From: Macrostomum hystrix
Lineage: Eukaryota > Animalia > Platyhelminthes
Direction: 5' to 3'
DNA: 64,000 nt
Assembly (NCBI GenBank): GCA_950097015.1
Contig: CATNEN010000002.1
Location: forward strand, 62,001-126,000
Shown: positions 45,801-56,100 of the stretch, piece by piece
Layout: every line of letters starts with the position of its first letter
How positions within the stretch are numbered: position 1 is the stretch's first letter
Made by a program: the position numbers and the translations under genes
The notes under the pieces: model-generated
Told to the model about the DNA's origin: nothing
Seen by the model: the letters and a program-made list of their open reading frames with translations, nothing else
The model's database searches: none

Positions 45801-47992
45801 CAGCGATCCTGCTGCTGCTGCTGCACCTGCTGCTGCTGCTGAGCCGGTGGACCCCCGGCCTCGAATCTTGACGTCGAGCCGCCAAAGCCAAAGGTGTTGT
45901 TGTAGCTGCTGGGTACGACACTGGTGCTCAGTCGAGAGCCCGGCGTGTGGTAGGCGCGGAAGGCTATCGATTCCTGGCCAAACATCGGCTGCTGCTGCTG
46001 CTGCTGCGTCAGTTGGTCGAACCCGCCCGGCTCCTGTCCGTGGCTGTACGCGGCCACAATCTCTCTAGTCAGGCTGGACATGTTCCAGGCCCCGGGACCG
46101 CCGCCGGCGCCGCCCAGCCCGTCGCCAAACTCAGCCTGGTAGCCGGTGGCCGAGGTGGGCGCCAAGCCGTAGGACCTGCCGGCAAGATCGGTTTCGGCTC
46201 CGATCACATTCTGATAGGACAGCGAGGCTCGCCGCTGACCGCCGCCAAGGTAGCCTCCGCGGCTGACGCCGCCTCCGAGACCGCCGACTCCGCTGCCGAA
46301 GCTGTAGTCGCCGGCGCCTCCGCCATAGTCGCCCAGACCGGCCGCTCCGGAGGCAAAGCGTCGTCGAGTGCCGTAGATGTCGTCGGAGGTCGGCCGGCAC
46401 TCATTGTAGCGGCCGCCGAGAGCGCCAAAATCGTTGCTACGATTGTGAACTCCGGTGCCGAACTGGTCCAGGGCTCCCTGCTGCTGCTGCTGATAGTCTA
46501 ATCCAAACTCAGAGCGACCAAAATGGGACTGGGATCCTATTCCCATCTGCTGGTTAGATAGAGACGATCCCACTCCGCTAAATCCCATCTGGCCTGCTTG
46601 AGATCCCATTCCCATCTGGCCTGCCTGTGATCCCATTCCTATCTGGCCTGCTTGAGATCCAATTCCCATCTGACCTCCTTGAGATCCCATTCCCATCTGG
46701 CCTGCTTGAGATCCCATTCCCATCTGGCCTGCTTGAGATCCCATTCCCATCTGGCCTGCTTGAGATCCCATTCCCATCTGGCCTGCTTGAGATCCAATTC
46801 CTATCTGACCTCCTTGAGATCCCATTGCCATCTGGCCTGCCTGTGATCCCATTCCCATCTGACCTTGAGATCCCATTCCCATCTGACCTTGAGATCCCAT
46901 TCCCATCTGACCTTGAGATCCCATTCCCATCTGACCTTGAGATCCCATTCCCATCTGGCCTGCTTGAGATCCCATTCCCATCTGACCTTGAGATCCTATT
47001 CCCACCTGACCTTGAGATCCTATTCCCATCTGGCCTGCTTGAGATCCCATTCCCATCTGGCCTGCTTGAGATCCCATCTGACCTTGAGATCCCATGCCCA
47101 TCTGACCTTGAGATCCCATTCCCATCTGACCTTGAGATCCTATTCCCATCTGACCTCCTTGAGATCCTATTCCCATCTGACCTTGAGATCCCATTCCCAT
47201 CTGACCTCCTTGAGATCCCATGCCCATCTGACCTCCTTGAGATCCCATGCCCATCTGACCTCCTTGAGATCCCATTCCCATCTGGCCTGCTTGAGATCCC
47301 ATCTGACCTTGAGATCCCATGCCCATCTGACCTTGAGATCCCATTCCCATCTGACCTTGAGATCCTATTCCCATCTGACCTCCTTGAGATCCTATTCCCA
47401 TCTGACCTCCTTGAGATCCCATGCCCATCTGACCTCCTTGAGATCCCATTCCCATCTGACCTCCTTGAGATCCCATTCCCATCTGACCTCCTTGAGATCC
47501 TATTCCCATCTGACCTTGAGATCCCATTCCCATCTGACCTTGAGATCCCATGCCCATCTGACCTTGAGATCCCATGCCCATCTGACCCTGAGATCCCATC
47601 GAGCCTTGGGATCCTGGCGGTCCGCCAATCATTCTTCCCATTCCGCCGCCGGAGCCACCGACATTGCCACCAGCAGTCTGCTGCCATCCAGGCCGAATGC
47701 CTGCTCCCATCTGCTGCTGCGGAGTCATCTGCCCCCTGCCGCGACCCATCATTTGCTGCTGCTGCTGCTGCGGCGGCCTGCCGTGGTGATCGCCAGTGAC
47801 AGTGGCCGTCACCGAGTCAGCCACTGATCCCAGAAATTTACTGGCCTCGCCGAAAAATCCACCACCACCGCCGCCGCCGCCGCCGCCTCCGCCGGCTGCG
47901 CCACCAGCCATCGACATTGGACCTCGGCTTCCCGGCGCTCCGCCAGCGCCGCCTCCTCCGCTGCCACCACCGAAGAGACCGCCAAAGTTCAT
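39833..47992 (-). CDS. KIAA0513-like (SBF2-domain) protein with a long G/Q/M repeat N-terminus; exons 47992-45513, 45239-45191, 44770-44545, 43783-43651, 43579-43532, 40646-40552, 39924-39833
   Basis: All seven exons have GT-AG borders in compatible phase. The joined translation CREFMAKYV..QQDKANFSRMC..GRVWF..ESAFYAMAQSMAAALMEC..KTYLYNYLKDQGIWQSQRFWTAAFCDAV..SFVTKM..DFVRKQ follows the KIAA0513 family as recalled. Confidence 0.82.
40020..40490. repeat. Minisatellite, 16-bp unit (ggaacaagaagttaac), intronic
   Basis: About 28 copies. Confidence 0.95.
40745..41255. repeat. Minisatellite, 24-bp unit (gattctaagaacagttcttgctgc), intronic
   Basis: About 21 degenerate copies; 8-aa period in the ORFs. 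Confidence 0.92.
41989..42677 (+). mobile_element. Intact non-autonomous hAT element (MITE) with an internal 16-bp minisatellite
   Basis: Perfect 16-bp TIRs caggggtcggcaaact (41989-42004)/agtttgccgacccctg (42662-42677) and a perfect 8-bp TSD ctctacat on both sides. Confidence 0.95.
42690..43190. repeat. TC-rich low-complexity tract
   Basis: Pyrimidine-rich with no fixed unit. Confidence 0.85.
43880..44450. repeat. Minisatellite, 25-bp unit (agtttgagcacgtgagattgagaac), intronic
   Basis: About 22 copies. Confidence 0.94.
44850..45105. repeat. Minisatellite, 34-bp unit (gggatctcagctgatctcatgggataatgagtat), intronic
   Basis: About 7 copies; unit starts at 44861, 44895 and onward. Confidence 0.93.
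46570..47600 (-). repeat. Coding repeat GSQ(G/A/GG)QMGM/I (24-27-bp units, ~40 copies) within the large KIAA0513-like exon
   Basis: In frame within the 827-aa ORF that ends at a splice donor leading into conserved exons. Confidence 0.88.
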
Positions 47993-48064
47993 TTTGTCCT
48001 AAACGTCTGGGAAAATGAAGTTTGGAAGTTTAAAGTTTAAAATAAAGTCGTAAAGAGTTGCAAA

Positions 48065-48200
48065 GATCTCAAGGTCAGATGGAACGGGATCTCAAGGTCA
48101 GATGGAACGGGATCTCAAGGTCATATGGAACGGGATCTCAAGGTCATATGGAACGGGATCTCAAGGTCATATGGAACGGGATCTCACGGCCAGGTGGGAT
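48065..48200 (+). repeat. Five 23-bp units (gatctcaaggtcagatggaacgg), an inverted copy of the coding repeat
   Basis: The same sequence as the minus-strand coding unit ggatctcaaggtcagatgggaatg, but lying on the plus strand. Confidence 0.9.
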
Positions 48201-48987
48201 TGTGTGTTCAGGTTTGAATGGGATTTCAAAGTTGGACAGATTGGACAAAAATGTTGATAAAGTTTTTAAAACTCACTCAGATTCTGGAAAGTCTGCTCAA
48301 CTCAATCTGGTTGCTCTTCTCGGTTGGCTAATTCTTCCCGTCTTTCTGCTGGGCCACCAAACGGAAACTGCAACTTTTCAGCCTGTGTTTAGCCACTTCC
48401 TCTCTTTCTCTCTGTCTCTCTTGGGTGCTCCTGGTCTGGTTGTGAGTTGAGATCTGCTTGAGTTGGGAACTGGCTTGTAGGAGGGCTATGGGTCTGAGTA
48501 GGATTGGGTGGGGGGATAGAGGGAAGAGCGACAGAGGAAGGTCCAACTCAAGCTAGTTGCCGGGAAGGCGTCGGGGCAGAACCGGAGACCGTCCAGGTGT
48601 TTGTTGCTCTATGGCTGGCCGTCCGCCTCTTCCATCCCATCTCAACTCCCCCTCTCTCCCTGCCTTCCCTCTTCCCTTCTCTTCGAATGCCTTCTCGTCC
48701 CTACTTGTCCGCATATCGACCCGAACGACCCACCCGCCACCCCCAGGAAAGTACTCAAGCGTCTCCCTCTTCAAGGCGAGAAAGAGAGCCGCGAGACTGG
48801 GATGATGGGAGTGCACAGACGATGGAGGGAGAATTTGGGAAGCGATTGAGTACACTCATAGATCCCCGACTGCTCAAGGCAGCGAACTTGGACTTGAGTG
48901 GAGCGGCTGCTCAGATTCACGCAGGATGGGAGAGTGGGAGCAGAGCATACTGACGCTCAGAAATCATTCATGCTACATTGTTTTTAA

Positions 48988-49640
48988 GAGGGGTGTCCTG
49001 CACTTTGCCTAGAGGTCCGGATTTAGATACAGGTGCGCAAGGCTACCCAATCCAACCCCCTGGTCCCTTCCGACACCACTCTCTCCTGTATCGTCGTTCT
49101 AATCTCTCATCTCTTACATATTATCTCTCCATTGTCATATCTCTGCCCTGACTCATCTCTCCCCTGTCTCTTCTCTCCCTTATCTCATCTTTTTACCTAT
49201 CTTCTCTCTCCCCTGTCTCATCTCTCCTGTGTCTCATCTCTCCCCTGTCTTATTTCTCCCCTGTCTCATCTCTCCCCTGTCTCATCTCTCCCCTGTCTCA
49301 TCTCTCCCGTGTCTCATCTCTCCCCTGTCTTATTTCTCCCCTGTCTCATCTCTCCCTTGTCTCATTTCTCCCCTGTCTCATTTCTCCCGTGTCTCATCTC
49401 TCCCCTGTCTCATCTCTCCCCTGTCTCATCTCTCCCTCATCTCATCTCTCCCCCTGTCTCATTTCTCCCCTGTCTCATTTCTCCCATGTCTCATCTCACC
49501 TCTCTGTCTAATCCCTCTACCCTGACTCATCTCTCCTGATGTCTCATCTCTCCCCTGTCTCATCATCGCCTCTATATCCCTGTATCATTTCTCCCATGTC
49601 TCATCTCTCCCCTCTGTCCTATGTTTATATCTATGTCTAA
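48988..49640 (-). mobile_element. Degenerate hAT-MITE copy with the 16-bp minisatellite (reverse orientation)
   Basis: cccttccgacacc at about 49066 is the reverse complement of ggtgtcggaaggg in the intact copy. A gaggggtgtcc TIR-like end is followed by the tctcatctctcccctg array. Confidence 0.75.
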
Positions 49641-52114
49641 TCAAGTTTATATCTATCCTATGTTCCTTGAGTATATAAAATAATTTCAGACTCAGGTTAA
49701 TGCAGCTCGATGCCGTTGCTGATGTCTGATTTGAGTCATTATCTATCTTATATTTCTCTATTGGACTTCAAATAAGTGAACCTGGAAGAACCAAAAGTTG
49801 AAGAAGTGCTATAAAATTTGAGATACCGTGGGACTTGAGATCATCAGCCTCTGAAGATCCGAACCGAATTGAGAATCAGTCCCTGATTTCTTCCCACAGG
49901 GGAATCGAGTCTTGAGTTAGCATCGAGGCACAATTTTCGATCTTCTAATTCATCCCATCATCCATCAGGCCAAGGCCTCTTAAAACGAGATTGCTGCCTC
50001 GAGATTAGTTTCCAATGGACAGTATGATGGACAGTGTGCTGCATTGGAATGTACTTTAATTATTGTGTGCTGCGTCTGAAATGTTATTCCGAGAATAAAA
50101 GTAATAATGCTGTAGTGTTAATATTCATTTTAATGCCAAGTGACTGACATCTTCAGCTCACCGCGCCTCTCTGGCATGCATTAAGAAGCAGATTATTTAA
50201 TAATATATTCTGCCTAATGGGATTTTCTAAGAATTTGTCTGGAATTTTCCAGATTAGTTTTGTTTTTTGGGTGTTTTCCGCTAACTACGAGCAAGTAAAT
50301 TTTAGTTGAAATTCTACCAAACATATTCAACAAATTTGACGGATATGTTAGCGCGAAAATTCTGGTGGGCATGTGCTCGCAATAGACGCGCGTTTCGATA
50401 ATTGCATGGTATATGTTATAACATGGGACACACGCGCCAAGTAAATGAAAACTCTTATATTGATTTCGATCGTGGAGAGCAGTAAAACGCGAGGCTGAAA
50501 CGATTTTTTAACAAAGCATTGCAGATACTTTAGGTCTTTGGGAATTGTGTCGCTAAACTTAAAATTTAATGAACTCCGCCCCACTTTACTGATTAAGGCT
50601 AAAAAACACACTTTTAAACCACCATCGGTGTGATAAGCCTTTGTTTAACAGCCAATAGAATCATTTGTTTGCTAAGTGTAATCAGATGCGCGGCGGCTAG
50701 CAGTTTTAATGTTAATTAAAGACGCAAATAAAAACTAAAAAACACAAATAAGCATATCTAATCTTAATTCTTTGGTTTTCCAGTCCTAGACTAAAAATGG
50801 ACAAAACAGACAAAAATGAGCAAAAACATTGCCCAGTTAGTAACTTTCTTTTATAGTCTGCATCATATCCATTATCCATATCCAGACTGTTTGTGTCGTA
50901 GATAACGGATTTAACTAAAATTATTTTATCGTTGCGCACAACAGTTTTATCAAATTACAGTTATTATTCTTCACAACTTACATATTTTGAACTATTACTA
51001 AAAAAGACGCGAAGAAAAAATATTACTTATCTTTTTTGCATCATATTTTCTTTGATTATTGTGTCGCTTATGTATATAACTTTTTAACATCAAAGCCATT
51101 GTCTTATTAAAATTTATGTCGCTAGACGCTAGATATTTGTGACTACCTGGGAGACTAGATGTAGAAAACTAATAATAATTGAAGAGTCATGTTCGCAAAA
51201 ACAAAACAATTCATAATTTAAATATAATCGCGAGTTTTGCATGTGTTAAACAGTGAAAATTAGTGAAAACAAGATTTGCTGATTGCATTTTTATATGGAG
51301 CTTTTATCAATATTTTTTGTTTAGATTAGGCCTATAGTTTTATCATTTTGCAGTAAGAACAGTTCATTCATGTGCACCAATACAGATATTTAGTTCGTCT
51401 GTTAGGAGTTAAGACAGGAGTTGTTAAGATTCGGATTAATAATAGGTTCTAATCATTTGCTCAATTAAAAAATCTAAAACTTCAAATTAAATGATTTGTT
51501 TGTTTGCTTGTTTGCTGAACACGATTTTTTTGTGTAAATGTATGCGTAACAAAGTTGAGTGTGCAATATTTTTTTACAATTCATATTTTAAGTGTAATGT
51601 ATTGACAGTGACATTGGCCATTGTTGATAAATGAGCAAAATCAATAAGGAAAATTTTTTGTAGCCACGACCTTTGTATTGGGGGTCATGAGGAATGGGCA
51701 ATGGGCCAATTGCTCATGCCATACTCACACCATCCCATACTCACACAATGCCATAGGCCTACTCAAGGGCATGCTATGTCCTCACTGCAGTGGCATCAGC
51801 CCTAAATATGTATGTAAGTCACTGGTTATAACTTATGTGTGTAAGTAAAGTTGTTATTACAACCAATATAAACATATTCTAAGAATTTTTTAACAGTGAA
51901 TTAGATTTTATTGTTTTGCAATAGAATTAGTTTTAATTCTCATTTGCCTCCTATTTTGTCAATCTAGAAATAAAAAAATTAAATTAAGCAGAATAAAAAA
52001 TCTGACACTATGCTAACACAATTTCAGCTGCGCAAATATTCAATTTAAGCAAATGAAGCAAGTGTACTAAAGCTTTACAATTGAAGCCATTTAGTACAGG
52101 CAGTGATCAGCTTA

Positions 52115-53110
52115 ATGTCGATTCGCCCAAATAACAGCAACAAAGTCAGAGGCGGTGGTGGCGCCACCTCGAGGAGCATGACACCCGGCCAATCAGAATC
52201 AGTCCGGCCCACACCAGCTTGGGCCAACAGCCAACCAATGTTTGTGCTGAAAGGCACTCGAGCTATGGAAGACGAGACCAATCCTGACCTGGTATTTGAG
52301 CTGTCATCCAGTGAGTACATTATTAGTTCACTCTGTGGGTCTTAAAAACTAATTCTAAAAAGAAACTTCTTTTAAATGATTTTTGCATTCCTTAAAATAA
52401 ATCAATAATTATATACACTTACAGGTGATGTATTATAGACAAAGGTAATGATCTACTACACATTTGGTATATCTAACTAGTCGTTCTTTTAAAACTAGCA
52501 ACTGTCCATATAAAAAATGCTTTCTTTAAAATTAAGTTTGTTTCTAATCATTAATCTAACTGTCTATGCTATTCCATTGGTTGATTGCCTAGCTTCGATT
52601 CTAACTGCTGTGTTCTGAATAAATGTCTTTATAAACTTAAATTCTTCTTTGTTTTTGTGCTCGACAGAAAGTTGGCTGCAGTTCTTGCAGTTTGTTGAAG
52701 ACAACTATTTCCTAGATGGTAAGCCTGTATGACTGTCACGTTAATCACTTGATTACTTCAGTATAACAAAATATTACGATTTCATTTTTCAAGTTTTTTA
52801 TGACTTTTTCGCGATAAATCTAGATAATTTAATCATTTTTTGATCACTTAATCAATCAATCAATCAATCAATCAAATGATTACCCATTTTTCTGTAAATT
52901 AGTAAGTCAAGTCAACAATGGAAAATGTAAAAAGTCCCCAATAAAACACCTCACAGAAGAGGTCAACTCAACCAGAAGGCCCAGGCGACCCTCCGGTCGG
53001 GCCGGATCGCTGAGGACTCAAGTGAAGCGCGAACGGGAGCATTTTCGCAAAGCCCTGGTGGACATTATTCTGTGAGATTAGGTTACGTAACTATAGCAGT
53101 TTGTTAGGCA

Positions 53111-53156
<46 letters not shown>

Positions 53157-56100
53157 TGAATGGAGAGAAGGCCTAGGGGGCTTGTCATGCAATTTACGCC
53201 CTTGAGGGCCACCTCCAAGGCACAGTGAGAGTGTACACTGCCTGACGATGAGAAAGTCAGGGCAGATGTACACACCTGTGTGAGCGTGTGCCTGCTTATG
53301 GTATCTGTGTGCGTGTGTGCTCAGGAGTCAGTGAAATGGGCAGAATTGCCTCCTCGCTGGTTACGGGTCTAGTGTTGCCGAATGATGTGCCATTGCCCGC
53401 AGCCCTCCTGCAGATAAAAAAATTATAATGATGACTATAGCTGTTACAGCTAGTACTACTATTAATTTCACTACTACTGTTAAAAACTATAACTAAAAAA
53501 GATATTGTAGTCATCAATCAATAATTGCCCAAATTTTTGCTTGCAGTCAAGGCGACCAGAAGCAGTTCAATCCAACAGGAGCTGAAGCTCTTCAGAGGCA
53601 AGATTTTGCGCTTTCTTCTACGGAGAAAGACATGCTGGTGAGCTATATGCTTTGAATGCTTCGATTGGTTAGCAATGCAGTGATTTTTTGGTTCAGTAGC
53701 CCCATTGGATAGCTACGAGCTATAATATATGCATAGGGGAGGCAAGGCAGGGAGAGAAAATAAATAAATGGCTGTACCCGCCAGCCAATCAGCAATGGGG
53801 ATGGGGTAGAAGTAAAAAAACCATCTAACCTGCCCATCGGGGAGGGCGAGGAGGGGCGAAGCTGCGCTGATCCGATTGGCCAACGGGGCGCAGAACTGTG
53901 TTTGACTGGGGGAGAGAGGAGATAGTAAATGGACCAGCTAGTGGGTTCGTGGTGCCGGGCTGACCCAGACAAAATGTGGATAATGCGACTTTGTGTAATG
54001 TATTTTGATGCCAACAAAACAAGTGCAAACAGTATACTACGAGCTACTGTTGCCACAATAACCATACAATGTTCTAAGCGTCGATATATTCAACAATTCA
54101 GAAATTAAATATCAAGGCAATGCTTCTGAACCGTCGACTTGATGGCACCAGATGATTATCTATGGTTAGAGCAGGGGTCAATAGCGGGCCGCATTAAGTG
54201 TAGAAATATGAGAAAGCAAAGAGACAAGACACAGAAGAGATGAGACACGGGAGAGGTGAGAGTGGAGAGATGAGACAGGGGAGAGATGAGACAGAGAGAG
54301 ATGAGACATCAAAGGAAATGAGTCAGGGTAGAGGGATGAGACAGGGGAGAAATTAGACAAGGGAGAGATAAGACAGGGGGGAGATGAGACAGGGGAGAGA
54401 TGAGACACGGGAGAGACGAGACAGGGGAGAGATGAGACACGGGAGAGATGAGACAGGGGAGGGATGAGACAGGGGAGAAATGAGACAAGGGAGAGATAAG
54501 ACAGGGGGAGATGAGACAGGGGAGAGATGAGACACGGGAGAGACGAGACAGGGGAGAGATGAGACACGGGAGAGATGAGACAGGGGAGGGATGAGACAGG
54601 GGAGAAATGAGACAAGGGAGAGATAAGACAGGGGGAGATGAGACAGGGGAGAGATGAGACACGGGAGAGACGAGACAGGGGAGAGATGAGACACGGGAGA
54701 GATGAGACAGGGGAGGGATGAGACAGGGGAGAAATGAGACAAGGGAGAGATAAGACAGGGGGGAGATGAGACAGGGGAGAGATGAGACACGGGAGAGACG
54801 AGACAGGGGAGAGATGAGACACGGGAGAGATGAGACAGGGGAGGGATGAGACAGGGGAGAAATGAGACAAGGGAGAGATAAGACAGGGGGAGATGAGACA
54901 GGGGAGAGATGAGACACGGGAGAGACGAGACAGGGGAGAGATGAGACACGGGAGAGATGAGACAGGGGAGGTATGAGACACTGGAGAGATAAGACAGAGT
55001 AGAAATGAGACTATCCATCTCCAGATGAGAGAGAGATGAGATAGGGTAGATTTGGGAGCTTCGAGGTCCACGGGTCGGAGTTAGAGCCCTGGGCCCTGAG
55101 CTAGAGCATCGAAAATAAGATTCGTTTGTTTTAGCGTTAAAAATGTTAAAAACATTCCAGCGATACTACTACTACATCCATCACGGCATCGACACGCGGC
55201 ACGTGGCCCCAATGGAGCCAGCCTGGATGTCCAATATCATGGAATTTGTAGGCACCGCTGGCGCCAGACTGTCTGGCTACCAAGCGCTTCTGACCGACCT
55301 GCAGGAAGAGGTTCGCGAGGACTACCTGACCGGAGTGAAGCAGGCCATTGTGGACTTTGTACTGCGTGAGCCGGCGTCTGGGAATGATGATGGCGAGGAT
55401 TCTGGGCGGCCTCATCAAACTGCGCCCGAGCTGAAACTGTCGGAGCCGACACCATGGGAGCGCGAGTTCAAAATTAATCGACGCATCATCGAGGATAGGC
55501 TTTTCTGTACTCACCATTGCCTGGTGCAGATGCTCGAGCTCTGGCATCGCCGGGTCCCGTGAGTACACTTTTATGAGTCATTCTAAAAATGACAGTTTGT
55601 CATGACTTATCATAAAATGACCACTTTTTTTATGACCGATCAGGAACACAGCGAGAGGGAGTTGTTCGAACCAAGGACCGCTAGAAAATAGCCATTAGTT
55701 GTTATAAGAATAATAAGTAAGGTCTACTTTTGCATTTCTTGGGTCGGACTTGAAGGTCGGTGGTTCGATTCTTGACTCCACAGCAAGACGCTTAGTTTCT
55801 GCATTGCTTCAGTTTATTGAGCTGTTAAATGGGTGCCTGCAATAGCTTGAAGTAATTTTGGGTGGGTAGGGCGTCCCTCTGACCAGCAATCGGGATTCAC
55901 AATCAAAGAGAGACAACAATTTTTTTATCGATTAACCATTTTGTCACTAATATCAGTACGACTATATTCAAAATGAACGTAATTATGGATGACATTATTT
56001 GTTAAAAACGGACCAACCACTCAGTGTGCGAGCTTCGGACGCAATTGCCAGTCTAGCTCAGAGTCCAGCTATGGTCAGCTCCGAAGAATTCGTTGAAATT

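Noticed and set aside
45645-47827. Plus-strand and alternative-frame ORFs over the GSQGQM repeat, and antisense ORFs within the LINE, GPCR and dynein
   Set aside because: They are shadow ORFs of real coding sequence or of repeats.
48400-48960. Possible retroelement remnant or exon upstream of the KIAA0513-like gene
   Set aside because: The short ORFs lack convincing RT, integrase or gag motifs.
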